In this document: piece after piece, positions 44,994-56,313 of the stretch
Position numbering within the stretch: position 1 is the stretch's first letter
Layout: the number at the start of each line of letters is the position of its first letter
Assembly (NCBI GenBank): GCA_015232535.1
Contig: JADFZM010000001.1
Span: 35,263 to 99,262, forward strand
Length of the DNA: 64,000 nt
Source: Candidatus Omnitrophota bacterium
GTDB lineage: Bacteria; Omnitrophota; Gorgyraeia; Zapsychrales; Zapsychraceae
Direction: 5' to 3'
Translations under genes and position numbers: made by a program
Notes under the pieces: model-generated
What the model saw: only the letters and a program-made list of their open reading frames with translations
What the model was told of the DNA's origin: nothing
Databases searched by the model: none

Positions 44994-47666
44994 CTAAACT
45001 GCTGAACCCAATAATCCCTTCCTTATCATCCACTTAACAATTTCCAATACAGGGATAACGGTAATCGAGACTGCCACAACAATCACCCAGTCCAACAAAG
45101 GAAGGCTGAATGTTCCGAAAGGCTTATGCAAAAAGGGAAGATAAACGATCAGTATTAACAGGATCAGCTCCCAAAGAACCGACATGTTAAGCCATTTATT
45201 GGCAAATGGCCGGCGCATTATGGATTGCCGGTCTGAACGGTAGTTGTAAGCCTTAAAAAATTGAATCAGGACCAAAGAAACAAATGTCATAGTCATTGCT
45301 TCTTTTAATGACATCCCTGATTTCAGAGCCCAGGCAAATATCCCTATGTTGACTAGCGTTGACCAAATCCCACCGACGATCATCAAGATAACCACAGGCC
45401 GCGTGAATATGCCTGAGCTTTGATGGCGCGGCTTGCGGCGCATCAAATCCGCCTCCGGCGGATCGACGGCGAGTGCCAAAGCGGGAAGGCCGTCTGTTGC
45501 CAAGTTAACGTATAAAATCTGCACCGCGGTTAAAGGAATAGGCATTCCCAATAAAGTTGCCCCGGCCATTAAACCAATCTCACCGATATTCGAAGAAATA
45601 AGATACATCAGATATTTCTTAATATTCCCAAAAATGTGCCGGCCCTCTTCTACCGCGGCCACAATAGAAGCGAAATTATCATCCGTAAGGGTCATGGCCG
45701 CGACTTCTTTGGTGACATCAGTGCCAGTGATGCCCATGGCGATCCCGACATCAGCCTTTTTTAAAGCAGGAGCGTCATTTACCCCGTCTCCCGTCATCGC
45801 AACAACATGGCCGCGTTTCTGAAACGCCGCGACCACGCGTAATTTATGCGCGGGCGAAACACGGGCATAGACATCAATCCCTTCTATATCGCGCTCTAAA
45901 TCCGCGTCCGAGATACGATCCAACTCAATACCCGTAACTACTCGGCCTTTCTGTAAAATACCCAATTCACGGGCAATGGCCTGAGCGGTTAATGGATGAT
46001 CCCCGGTTATCATAACCGGCTTAATACCGGAATCCCGGCAGTTCTGTACGGCAACCTTGGCCTCGGGCCTGGGAGGATCTATCATTCCGACAAAACCAAG
46101 AAAAATCATATTTTTTTCTGCGTCCTCAATTTTGGTATTCGGCTTGTATGCTACAGCCAAGACGCGCAGGGCTTGTTTAGCCATTTCCGCGGAGGCATTT
46201 AAAAACTCACTTTTCAAGCGCGCATCCAAAAGTTCAGCCTTACCCTCCCTTAGATAAAGGCCGCAATTGTTAAGTATAACTTCATCTGCCCCTTTTGAAT
46301 AAGCCACCTGCGCTCCTTTTTCCTCGCACAAGGTAGTCATTCTCTTACTTTCAGAGCTAAAAGGGATTTCATTTATCCGTGGATTATCTTTTTCCAAAGA
46401 TGTCTTATCTAGTCCGGCCTTTGCCGCGGCAACAATTAGCGCCCCTTCGGTAGGATCCCCTTTAATGTCCCAACGGCCTTCTTCTTTAATTAAGCGAGCA
46501 TCGGATGCAAGCGTTGCAGCTCGCAATAAAGCGGCTAAGTCCTCAGTGGGTTTAACGGGAGCTCCTTTTATCGAAAAACCGCCGGCCGGGTCATAACCTG
46601 CACCATCAACATCGTAAAATTGCCCCGAAACAAATATCTTGCGTATGGTCATCTCATCTTTTGTCAAAGTTCCGGTTTTATCTGAACAAATAACAGAAGT
46701 ACATCCGAGCGTTTCCACTATCGGCAAACGGCGGATAAGGGCGTTTCGCTTAACCATCCTTTGAACACCGATTGCCAATGAAATAGTGACAACGGCCGGT
46801 AAGGCTTCCGGGACAACAGCAACCGCAAGAGCGATTCCAAAAATTACCATTTCTAGAAAAGGCTGCCCGCGGAAAACACCCAAGGCGACAATGATCACGA
46901 CAATAACTCCGGCGGCCTTGGCAAGATTCTTTCCAACATGGTCAAGATTTATTTGAAGAGGTGTTTTGGCTGTTTTAACTTCCTGAAGCATTCCGGTTAT
47001 CTTGCCGAATTCCGTATTCATACCGGTAGCAGTTACCATGGCCCGGCCTCGGCCGTAACTTACAATTGTTCCGGAATAAACCATATTATTACGGTCGCCC
47101 AAGCCCAAGTCCCCGGAGGTAAGGGCGTCTATTTTTTTCTCAACCGCAACAGATTCTCCGGTTAGAGCCGCCTCTTCAACCTGAAGATTAAAAGACTGAG
47201 CCACCCTAGAGTCGGCAGGAATTTTGTCTCCCGCTTTTATTAATATAATGTCTCCGGGAACAAGTTCTCTGGCTGGGATCTTTTCCTCCTCTTTGCCTCG
47301 AATAACGTTTGCTGTCGGGGCGGCCATTCTTTTTAAAGCTTCAATGGCACGCTCGGCGCGATACTCTTGAACAAAACTAAGAATGACCGCAAACAATACA
47401 ATAACCGCAATAGCGATAGATTCCACCGCATGCCCCAAGAACGCGGAAAGCAGTGTCGCCGATAATAGAATCTGTATCAAAATATTCTTAAACTGAGAAA
47501 AGAATAATACCCAGGGAGAAACACGCGCGGAGGCAGTCAATTCATTAGGCCCGTACAGGGCGAATCTATTCTGGGCTTCCGGCTTATCGATGCCGGTGTA
47601 AAGATCCGTCTTTAGCTCTATCGCAGCTTCTTGAAAAGATAATTGATAAAACTCTTTTTTTTCCAT
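44994..47666 (-). CDS. P2-type cation-transporting ATPase (Ca2+/Mg2+ or Na+/K+ like)
   Basis: ICSDKTGTLT phosphorylation site, TGES actuator motif, MITGDHPLTA, GDGVNDAPALKKADVGIAMG; 10 TM; 890 aa. Confidence 0.9.
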   Translation of the reverse strand: MEKKEFYQLSFQEAAIELKTDLYTGIDKPEAQNRFALYGPNELTASARVSPWVLFFSQFKNILIQILLSATLLSAFLGHAVESIAIAVIVLFAVILSFVQEYRAERAIEALKRMAAPTANVIRGKEEEKIPARELVPGDIILIKAGDKIPADSRVAQSFNLQVEEAALTGESVAVEKKIDALTSGDLGLGDRNNMVYSGTIVSYGRGRAMVTATGMNTEFGKITGMLQEVKTAKTPLQINLDHVGKNLAKAAGVIVVIIVALGVFRGQPFLEMVIFGIALAVAVVPEALPAVVTISLAIGVQRMVKRNALIRRLPIVETLGCTSVICSDKTGTLTKDEMTIRKIFVSGQFYDVDGAGYDPAGGFSIKGAPVKPTEDLAALLRAATLASDARLIKEEGRWDIKGDPTEGALIVAAAKAGLDKTSLEKDNPRINEIPFSSESKRMTTLCEEKGAQVAYSKGADEVILNNCGLYLREGKAELLDARLKSEFLNASAEMAKQALRVLAVAYKPNTKIEDAEKNMIFLGFVGMIDPPRPEAKVAVQNCRDSGIKPVMITGDHPLTAQAIARELGILQKGRVVTGIELDRISDADLERDIEGIDVYARVSPAHKLRVVAAFQKRGHVVAMTGDGVNDAPALKKADVGIAMGITGTDVTKEVAAMTLTDDNFASIVAAVEEGRHIFGNIKKYLMYLISSNIGEIGLMAGATLLGMPIPLTAVQILYVNLATDGLPALALAVDPPEADLMRRKPRHQSSGIFTRPVVILMIVGGIWSTLVNIGIFAWALKSGMSLKEAMTMTFVSLVLIQFFKAYNYRSDRQSIMRRPFANKWLNMSVLWELILLILIVYLPFLHKPFGTFSLPLLDWVIVVAVSITVIPVLEIVKWMIRKGLLGSAV

Positions 47667-47946
47667 TGGTTAACTCCTTGACCTGCCCGATTAATTGTGC
47701 CCCAAAACTTGTTAGCATTTAAGGTTATTCAGCCCAACTTAATTTAAACGTACCCTGAGCCGGGATCCTGTATCGAAGATAATTTTACGGCTTGATTTTT
47801 TCTCTTCTTTCCTCAAGCTTTCGACCAATAATTACGACTTTTATAATGTATCAAAAATTTTCCATTAAAGCAAATCATCTTAACCATAATTGAAGCCAAA
47901 ATATAGGTAAGAAAGTTTATTCCTATTCCAGGGGAAAATGGTGATA

Positions 47947-49808
47947 TCATTTATTAACAATCAAAATTATCGGCATATCAAAGGGGTTGTGGATTAAATC
48001 AACTATTTTTGATTCTAGCTTTGAAACATCCATGATCTGGTCCGCGAGATTATATAGGGTTTTACTGTTCACATCAATTATGTCCAGCAAAGATTTTTGA
48101 CGATCAGTAATATCCTCCTCTTGCAGAATGGAGCTAAAACCTTGAATGACATGCACCAGGGTCCTAAGATCAGGAGCAATGCTATTTAAAAAGTCGGATT
48201 TTGATTTGTTAGCTAATTCGGCAGAATCCTTGGCCTTCTCGAGAAGCTCCTCCACCGTTCTTCTTTCAGTTGCGTCTCGGAAAATACCGACAGCGCATTC
48301 CACTCCTTTCACTGTCATATTTGTGGATGACACATCAGCATAGAATTGAGTGCGGTCCTTGCGCAACATAGGGATATTTAAAACAACCTTCCCGGGAGCT
48401 TTGACACAATTCTCGAAATGAAGCTTTACTAGAGGCAGGTCGGCCGAAGGATGTATGTCTTTAAAAGAAAGGCTCGCGAGTTCTTATTCGGAATAACCCA
48501 GCATCTTCTGAGCTCGAGGGTTTGATAACACAATGCGCTTTGTCTTTATACATGTCCCAATGATGCCATCCATGATAGTATTAAATAAACTGCGGAACTT
48601 TTCTTCGCTTTCCATCAGTGCGTCCTCTGCCTTCTTGCGCTCGGTGATATCCCGGGAAATACCAAGAATCCCGAATATTTTTTTGTTTTGATCATAAGAG
48701 GTATCTTGAAAGTGTCAAAAATTAGCGCTCCCTTTCGGCTATTAGCCGGATCGTAAGTATTATGAACAACCTTTCCGCTTAAAGCTTCTTTGTCATCATT
48801 TTCAAACCCGCGGATTCCTTTTTGGGGATTTCCTCTTACTAGCTCAGGATCCCATCCGTTTTCAATATCCGTATGCCCGATCATTTCCTCCGGCTTCTTG
48901 CCTACAGCGGCGGCATAAGATATATTGCAAATTAAGGTGCGCAAAGAGGTGTCTTTAACAAAAATAAAATCGGGCGAAGAATTTATAATATTTCCCAGTA
49001 ATTCCTTTTGACGCTTTAATTCTTCTTCTATTTTTTTACAATCGGATATTTCTTGGCATAATTTTTCGTTGTCTCTAGACAAAGTTTTGGTTCTTTCCAT
49101 CACAAGGGCATCGAGAGCCTCTTTGAATGTCACTCCCAATTCAGCTTTCTTCCTCCAAAAACTTAAAACGCCTATTAGTAGAAAGGCCCCGCCGACATAT
49201 TGAGAAGCCCTGCCTGCCCATCCTATAGGAGTGCCTACGGCCTTCTGCAGAAACACGCCGGATAATCCTATTGCAAAAAGCGCCAGCCCGGTTGAGTAAA
49301 GCCTAATGACAAGAGTTCCTTTATCGGTAAAATACCTTATGTTAAAAAATGAACACACTTCAATCAATATTATTGCCATACCCAATACCGCTCGCCCTAT
49401 AGGTGTAGGCCCTATACCTTGGATTATAAACGGAGGCGTAATCCCTGCACATGCGGCGTAAATAATAAGCGCGGCAAATGCGGCAACAGCCAGATAGGCG
49501 GTCATCAATAATGGAAGGCGTTTCTTGACCGCTGTCGCTTCGTAAGAGATAAAATATTTTGAAAAACCTGTAATGTGAAAAATGGCGTTAAGCAGTATCC
49601 CGCTATTATATATCGTTATCACTTTGTTCGGCCCATTTGGCATTTCAATGAACCTTCCGTTAAGCGTTGCTCCGAGCCCGAGGGCTTCCATGCCGCAGCC
49701 AAACAGAAGAAAATACAATTTCCCGGTCGAAAGAAAATTCCGTGAAAGAGTATAAGCGGCTAATAGCGGGATTAAACCGAGAAAAACGGTATTACAAAAT
49801 TGGAGCAA
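47947..49808 (-). pseudogene. Decayed sensor histidine kinase (membrane sensor, PAS, degenerate H-box; no ATPase domain; at least one frameshift)
   Basis: 48615-49808 encodes TM sensor plus PAS; the PAS end ISRDITERKKAEDALMESEE reads in another frame near 48601-48660; 47947-48369 has a HisKA-like helix with the phospho-His replaced (FLNSIAPDLRT); no HATPase follows. Confidence 0.5.
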
Positions 49809-50091
49809 ATGCGGAGATTAATAAACAGTGCGGATATCAACAAAAAAAAAGGGTTCCTATGAGAGTTATGAAGAACGAAATTATTATTGACGATAAATGG
49901 CTATGGCTTATTTTCAATTAAAAGTTCCTTTAGTAGGCTCGCCGGCCTGAGCATTATCCAAGGGCTCGCGTTCGGGACAATAACAAATATTTATTGCGTA
50001 CTATTCTAATCTGGCATAACAGCAATTATTCCATTATTTTCATAAAATAAATTATCCTGGCAAGAAAATAACAAAGATCATTTGCTTCGAG

Positions 50092-50424
50092 CTAGCGATT
50101 TATGCGCGAGGCGTATGTAAAAGGTAAGAAGTATTTCCGCCAAGAACTTTCGGATGATAAAAATTCGTTTTCGCCGTAGAAATAATCGACTAGCGCTTCT
50201 CTTAAACGGGCGATTTCCCTGAGGCGAGAATATCTTTTTTCATTCTCCAGAGTGAGATCAATTAATTCAAGTGAACGTTCAAATGCCATCATGGAATATT
50301 CCTTGTTCTTTTTTGACTGCCAATTAAGGGCCCGCTCCACCTCGCCTCCTATATTTGCCATTTGCTCGACGAAAGACAACTTGCTCCATCGGCCCTCGGC
50401 AAGCCCTTTATGCTGATAGCTCAT
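50092..50424 (-). CDS. Hypothetical protein (helical, about 110 aa)
   Basis: Clean ORF; start overlaps the upstream gene stop by 4 nt. Confidence 0.4.
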   Translation of the reverse strand: MSYQHKGLAEGRWSKLSFVEQMANIGGEVERALNWQSKKNKEYSMMAFERSLELIDLTLENEKRYSRLREIARLREALVDYFYGENEFLSSESSWRKYFLPFTYASRINR

Positions 50425-50762
50425 CGCGTAATCCTTTTTGCGACTATTGCGGCAACTTTCTTTCGGATCCCTTCGCTTTCAATCCCTCGGGTTCTATTCC
50501 CCTGGGACGGCCGCATATTAATCATGGAGTCAAATTCGATAAAATCCTTATCCTGCATTTCCGGGTAAAGGTTAATACCCCAGAGGCTATTCTGTTTAGA
50601 GCCTTTATCCAGAAGTAAAGACTCTAAATCGGAGTGAAGTTCGGCATCAATTGCTAGAACCTCTTCATCGATATCGACAACCGCCTTAACTAAATTGCCG
50701 AAGGTGGCTGTTGCTATTGTTTTGATTTCCTCAAGCTTTACATTATCTGTTATTAATTTCAT
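50421..50762 (-). CDS. Hypothetical protein (about 113 aa)
   Basis: Clean ORF translationally coupled to 50092-50424. Confidence 0.4.
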   Translation of the reverse strand: MKLITDNVKLEEIKTIATATFGNLVKAVVDIDEEVLAIDAELHSDLESLLLDKGSKQNSLWGINLYPEMQDKDFIEFDSMINMRPSQGNRTRGIESEGIRKKVAAIVAKRITR

Positions 50763-50848
50763 GACCGGGGCCCACTCCTAATGATCTTTCAATTATAATA
50801 GACAATGACAGATTTCCCAATAATAATTTTGCAATGTGATAATTTTTA

Positions 50849-51233
50849 TTAATCTATAACAAACCATAAAGTTAAAAAATAAAAAATTGTCGCGAGAAAA
50901 ACAGCTAAGATAATACTTCCGACAAACAAGGAGTAATAAAAATTGAGCATATTTTTAAATGTAATCCCCTTTAAAGCAGATACGCTAAAAGGCGGATATT
51001 GCTCTCCTAAAATCAGCCTCCCTAAACTATACCCCGCCCAGGTAATAAACGGGAGTTGTCGGCAGAGAAACATTAGTTCCGGTCAAAATAGCAGTCTTGT
51101 TGGCGCGTGGAATTAATGAAGCAGAAATCACACAAAGAAGTGTATGCAATCCATATAATGGCATAACGGCAATAATCACGCCGATAGAAATCCCAAAAGC
51201 TGTTTCTTGCGGTGTATTATTAAGTTTCAACAA
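50849..51233 (-). pseudogene. DUF2062-family membrane protein split by a frameshift
   Basis: Two overlapping ORFs in different frames (51027-51233 N-terminal part; 50849-51073 C-terminal part) that together resemble one about 150 aa protein. Confidence 0.4.
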
Positions 51234-51299
51234 ACTACTTAATAACTCCTTTTTTTTGCTTTAGAAATCAATTGCTTCTCCCGCCAACAGGTCAAGTTG

Positions 51300-51968
51300 T
51301 TACCTATTCACCCCTACACTATTGTTCCAAACTTGGCACCCACGACTGCTGTCAACCCCATAGCAAACGCACCCGAAAAAAGTAACACGAATAGCTGCTC
51401 TCATCATAGGCGCTCCTCCGGCGAATGCTCCCAATGCGCCCAACCCCGCGAGAAAGAAAAGCGCGGTTCCAAAAATAATTGTGGTCAATCTCGTTTCCGT
51501 GGATACTAGCACAATGAGAAGAGGCATAGCTGCTCCGACAGTAAAAGTTGCTGCCGATGCCAACGCGGCTTGTACCGGGCGAGTACTGGAATGAGAATAA
51601 ATGCCGAGTTCATCACGAGCGTGCGCCGTCAACGCGTCATGGGCCATCAATTGCTCGGCGATCTGTTTAGCGAGTAGCGGGTCAAGGCGCCTGCCCACGT
51701 AGATTGACGACAGCTCCTGATGTTCGCTCTCATCGTATCCATCAAGTTCCTTACGCTCGCGCGCTAGATCTGCTCACTCAGTATCGAATTGTGAACTCAC
51801 CGATACGTACTCACCGGCCGCCATGGACATCGCCCCTGCGACCAAACCGGCGACGCCAGCAACTAATACCGAGCCTCGAGACGCATTAGCCGCAGCAACT
51901 CCAACAACAAGGCTTACTGTCGAAAATCCCGTCGTTAGCACCCAAAACTGTGGCACGTAGCCAACCAA
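51300..51968 (-). pseudogene. VIT1/CCC1-family iron/manganese transporter disrupted by frameshifts, within a GC-rich islet
   Basis: N-terminal fragment ...[30 protein letters not shown] and C-terminal fragment ...GAAMPLLIVLV... lie in different frames; the ANDGI block reads in a third frame; local GC is clearly above that of the flanks. Confidence 0.5.
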
Positions 51969-52041
51969 TTCGATTCGTACGATGATGTTCTCTCTGACGA
52001 CTTGTGGCCAAGCCCATTATTTCTCCCTAGAGAGGATTAAA

Positions 52042-52281
52042 TTATTGAACGGCACGCCTTACAGAATCCGCTACATCACGACCGGCATCTCTAATATCAT
52101 CTCCTACTGTCCTCCTAAAGAGCGGCCGTTGTCCGGCGATAGCCCAAATAAGGAAAGCCACCAGCAAAACTGTCAAAATACCCGTAGGCGCATACCCCCA
52201 CGACTTGCTGTACGGCCAGGAAGGCAAGGCCACAACTACCAAACCAATTATTATAAATAGTAATAAGGTTTCAGTAGACAT
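52042..52281 (-). CDS. DUF3309-family small membrane protein
   Basis: LLLFIIIGLVVVALPSWPYSKSWGYAPTG signature; GC-rich codon usage unlike the neighbours. Confidence 0.5.
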   Translation of the reverse strand: MSTETLLLFIIIGLVVVALPSWPYSKSWGYAPTGILTVLLVAFLIWAIAGQRPLFRRTVGDDIRDAGRDVADSVRRAVQ

Positions 52282-52418
52282 TTAGTTCCTCCTTTTTAAA
52301 AATGTTGGTTATTCTTTGGCAGACTACCCTTTCCAACGATAAATTTGATAAGCCAGAAGCGTAATAAAACAATCTTCCCTCGACAGCATCATTATCTTCA
52401 TTCCCCGTCGTGCCCTTG

Positions 52419-52886
52419 CTACTTTTTCTCTTCTGGCACTCCGGCTGGCGTGGTATTCTGCGAAGTATTATTTCCGATCATGCCAGCCCCCATCATTCCG
52501 CCTTTCATCATGGGACAATTTTTCATCATTTCTGCCATATCCTTCTTCATCGCTTCCATATCGACCTTGATCTCCACTTCCTTCACCGGATTAAGATCTT
52601 TATCGTATTTGATAACTTTATTGCCAGCTAAAACAATCACTCCGCCATCTGCGGTGGCGATTATTGATTTTTCCATCATTCCCTTCATCATCATGCCATG
52701 CATGGGGCACTTCTCAATCATTTCTCCCTTAGCCATCATATCGCTTTTCATCATGTGTTTTCTCATCGTGTGATCATTGCCCATCATTCCAGGCCTTCCT
52801 TGTGCGAAAGATATGGAACTTAACCCTGCCACAAACAAAACTACTGCGATTAAAGTTACTAACCTTTTTCTCATGTCTTCCCCCAT
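52419..52886 (-). CDS. Secreted Met-rich protein (candidate Cu(I)/Ag(I)-binding periplasmic protein)
   Basis: Signal peptide then many MxxM / MMxxM motifs (HMMKSDMMAKGEM, CPMHGMMMKGMM, MKKDMAEMMKNCPMMKGGMMGAGM). Confidence 0.5.
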   Translation of the reverse strand: MGEDMRKRLVTLIAVVLFVAGLSSISFAQGRPGMMGNDHTMRKHMMKSDMMAKGEMIEKCPMHGMMMKGMMEKSIIATADGGVIVLAGNKVIKYDKDLNPVKEVEIKVDMEAMKKDMAEMMKNCPMMKGGMMGAGMIGNNTSQNTTPAGVPEEKK

Positions 52887-53102
52887 TTTTAAAACTCGTT
52901 ATTATTTAAGCGCGATACTACTCTTAAAGCAAAAACCTTCAATACGAAAGTATTTTGAGCAGAAAAAGTTGGGTAGTTTATTGTCTTGCCCGGGACAATA
53001 GACAACAGCCTTCTTTGCAATGGGCTGCGGGCCTAATCATCCGGCAAATATCGTTCCTTGCCATTTTGATCCTCCTTTTTTATTCACTAGAATTTAAAAT
53101 AA

Positions 53103-53288
53103 TTACTCGACAGTAATCGCTCCTGCCGGGCAGGCGTCTGACGCGGTTTTACATTTATCTTCTAAGTCTTTTGGAATTTCTGTAACATGAACCGCCGCTT
53201 TGTCGCCCTCCATTTTAAAAACTTCAGGACAAGCATTCACACAATCTTGACTGCCCACACAAGCATCTTGATTAACTTTGGCTTTCAT
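53103..53288 (-). CDS. Small 4Fe-4S ferredoxin
   Basis: CVGSQDCVNACP ... CPAGAI cluster ligands; 61 aa. Confidence 0.75.
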   Translation of the reverse strand: MKAKVNQDACVGSQDCVNACPEVFKMEGDKAAVHVTEIPKDLEDKCKTASDACPAGAITVE

Positions 53289-53468
53289 CTTTATCTCCTC
53301 TCTTATTAAATCTTTGAACTATGTCATCGGCCGAGATTATCGGCCGCAAAGTTCCAATTGATCAGTTTATCTAGCGCAGCATTAATGTAATCTGCCCGGC
53401 GGTTCTGATTGAATACGACTATTGCGATCATTACGTTTATTAAAGAAATCATTTTAATCATCTTTGAT

Positions 53469-53678
53469 TTATTTCTGGTGTCGGGGGTTGTTATTCTTAA
53501 TCGGGGCATTGACTGTCTTTTCGGCCATCAGCCAATAATCCTGATCGCGACCCGGCTTGCAACCGTCATGTTTCCATAATTCATAAGCTTTTTTTTGAAT
53601 ACACTCCTGGACATCTCCCCTGTAACAATTATGTTCACCCATTATATTCCCCTCCTTTATTAGTTTTCCCATCGTCAC
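53469..53678 (-). CDS. DUF2934-family small protein
   Basis: [26 protein letters not shown] signature. Confidence 0.5.
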   Translation of the reverse strand: MTMGKLIKEGNIMGEHNCYRGDVQECIQKKAYELWKHDGCKPGRDQDYWLMAEKTVNAPIKNNNPRHQK

Positions 53679-54073
53679 TTGCCGAGCAATACAGATAACT
53701 CCGCTATATGCTGTTGCTCTTCAATGATGATATGGCGAATCTCATGCTCCAGAGTTTCGTAGACATACGGCAGTTTCTCTTTATTCTCAATGACCATCTT
53801 GTAAATGGTTTTATAAAAATCGACCGCTTCTTTCTCTCCGGTCAAATTGACCGTTAGGATTTCCGTCGTTTTCTTGGCTCTATGCGTTTTAGCGATCCCC
53901 ATCGACGGCTCTCCATCGAGATAATTGCCGATCAGGTCCCTAAATTTATCTTCGTGCTTCGCTTCATCTGACGCGATTTCTTTCACGCGCGCAATGATTG
54001 GTTCAGCATCGATTCCTTTGATCAGTTCCGCATGAGCAAGGTATTGGATCCTCGCCGCATGCTCCAACTCCAA
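53675..54073 (-). CDS. Ferritin-like four-helix-bundle protein
   Basis: E/H-rich helix pairs (EHAARIQYLAHAE; EAKHEDKFRDL; EHEIRHIIIEEQQHIAEL) consistent with a di-iron site. Confidence 0.45.
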   Translation of the reverse strand: MELEHAARIQYLAHAELIKGIDAEPIIARVKEIASDEAKHEDKFRDLIGNYLDGEPSMGIAKTHRAKKTTEILTVNLTGEKEAVDFYKTIYKMVIENKEKLPYVYETLEHEIRHIIIEEQQHIAELSVLLGK

Positions 54074-54214
54074 AGCCTGATTCAGCAGGACGATTAATTC
54101 ATTTCTGATCTTTGGTATTGTGTTCTCCTTGTTGATATTTGGTTATTTTTCTTCACCGCTTCTTAAATTACGTTTAATGGGATTAACTTGAATTACAAAA
54201 CCTGCCGCCTTGTT

Positions 54215-56152
54215 TTATTTCTTCGTAACATCCTCTGCTGTAAATTCAGCGTCAATGATGTCGTCTTTATTATCTTGCCTATTTTCCTGTTTCTCAAAAT
54301 GATCCGGTCTGTGCGGTTCGGCTCTAGGACCAGCACCGGTCGGATTCGCACCAGGAGCTCCTTGCTGTTGCCCAGATGTTGCCTTATAAACTTCTTCGGC
54401 CAATTGATGTGCTGTTTTTTGTAAAGATTCCATGCCGCGCTTTATTTTATCCGCATCTTTATTTTTGATGGCGTCTTTGAGGCTATTCAATTCTTGCTCA
54501 ATGTTCCCCCGGTCAGCACTGGATACTTTATCCCCATACTCCATTAGCGCTTTTTCCGTTGAGTACACAAGGACATTCGCATGATTACCGAGTTCAACTT
54601 CTTCTTTCTTCTTTCGATCGGCGTCTGCGTATTTTTCCGCTTCTCTGACCATCTTTTCGATCTCATCTTTCGACAACTTTGTCGGAGCCGTGATCTTGAT
54701 CGACTGTTCCTTGCCTGTTCCCCTATCCTGAGCTGTGACATGCACGATACCGTTGGTGTCGATATCAAAAGTAACCTCGATCTGCGGAACACCCCGTGGT
54801 GCCGGTGGAATTCCGATTAAATCAAATCGTCCTAATTCGGTATTATCATTGGCCATCTGGCGTTCGCCTTGCAAAACCCGAATCGTAACTGCCGGCTGAT
54901 TATCATCGGCGGTGGAATAAATTTGGCTTTTTTTGGTTGGGATGGTCGTGTTTCGGTCGATCAATTTGGTAAAAACTCCGCCTAAAGTCTCAATACCTAA
55001 AGACAATGGCGTCACGTCTAATAACAGAACTTCTTTGGCCTCCCCGCGAATGATCCCGGCCTGAATAGCGGCACCCAACGCCACGCATTCCATGGGATCA
55101 ATACCACGCTCGATTTTTTGGCCAACCTCTTTTTCTAAAAACTGTTGAGTGATGGGCATGCGGGTGGGACCACCAACGAGAATGACGCGATCAATCTTAA
55201 CGGCCGCACCTAATTTATCGCTTGCGTCCTTGATGGCTTGACGCACCGGGGCGCGGCAACGGTCAATAATAGGACCGACCAAACTTTCCAATTTCGCACG
55301 GTCAATGGTCAAGGTCAAATGCTTGGGTCCGCTCGCATCTGCGGTAATGAACGGCAGGTTAATATCGGTCGAAAGAGTGCTCGAAAGCTCAACTTTGGCT
55401 TTTTCCGCAGCTTCGCGTAAACGCTGAAAGGCCATTTTGTCATTCTTAAGATCAATCCCGCTTTCTTTCTTGAATTCATTAGTAATATAGTCGATGAGAA
55501 CATTGTCCATATCGGTACCGCCAAGCTGGTTATCGCCGCTCGTGGCTAAGACTTCGAACGTACCTGCCTTATGCTCTATGTCCCATCCCATTTCAAGAAT
55601 AGTGACGTCCAGTGTGCCTCCGCCAAAATCAAAAACCATTATTTTTTGTTCCTTACCTGCTTTATCCATTCCGTAAGCCAAACAAGCTGCAGTCGGTTCA
55701 TTGATGATGCGTAAAACTTTTAACCCCGCAATCTCACCGGCGTCTTTGGTCGCCTGGCGCTGGTTGTCGTTAAAATACGCCGGCACCGTGATCACTGCTT
55801 CGTCAATCGGCTCACCGAGATATTTTTCAGCGTCAGTTTTAATTTTTTGCAGAATAAATGAACTGATCTGTTGCGGTGTGAATTCCTTACCCATAGCCTT
55901 GAACTTAAAATCCGTTCCCATTTTTCGTTTGGCAGCATAAATCGTGCCTTCGGAGTTTATCGGCGCTTGACGGCGGGCCGGCTCCCCGACTAAACGTTGT
56001 CCATCTTTAGTGAATGCCACAAATGACGGGAATGCTTTGCCCGAAGCAACCCCCGCACCTTCAGCAGACGGGATGATGACCGGTCGGCCGCCTTCCATAA
56101 CCGCAGCCGCGGAGTTGGAAGTTCCTAAATCAATTCCAATTGTTCTAGCCAT
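54215..56152 (-). CDS. dnaK: Hsp70 family molecular chaperone (DnaK-like)
   Basis: [19 protein letters not shown] and IDANGI-type blocks; substrate-binding domain plus helical lid; 645 aa. Confidence 0.88.
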   Translation of the reverse strand: MARTIGIDLGTSNSAAAVMEGGRPVIIPSAEGAGVASGKAFPSFVAFTKDGQRLVGEPARRQAPINSEGTIYAAKRKMGTDFKFKAMGKEFTPQQISSFILQKIKTDAEKYLGEPIDEAVITVPAYFNDNQRQATKDAGEIAGLKVLRIINEPTAACLAYGMDKAGKEQKIMVFDFGGGTLDVTILEMGWDIEHKAGTFEVLATSGDNQLGGTDMDNVLIDYITNEFKKESGIDLKNDKMAFQRLREAAEKAKVELSSTLSTDINLPFITADASGPKHLTLTIDRAKLESLVGPIIDRCRAPVRQAIKDASDKLGAAVKIDRVILVGGPTRMPITQQFLEKEVGQKIERGIDPMECVALGAAIQAGIIRGEAKEVLLLDVTPLSLGIETLGGVFTKLIDRNTTIPTKKSQIYSTADDNQPAVTIRVLQGERQMANDNTELGRFDLIGIPPAPRGVPQIEVTFDIDTNGIVHVTAQDRGTGKEQSIKITAPTKLSKDEIEKMVREAEKYADADRKKKEEVELGNHANVLVYSTEKALMEYGDKVSSADRGNIEQELNSLKDAIKNKDADKIKRGMESLQKTAHQLAEEVYKATSGQQQGAPGANPTGAGPRAEPHRPDHFEKQENRQDNKDDIIDAEFTAEDVTKK

Positions 56153-56313
56153 ATGTATATCCTTTTGTTTTACAAATACTATTTATTTAATAAAACGATA
56201 CGAGCATCTTGTATCCCTGGTAAAACCTGTGCAAAGTGCGCCAGCATGTCATCCGAAGATTTCAATTTAGAAACCGTCATGTTGCCCTGGTATAATTTCG
56301 CATCATATCCGGT

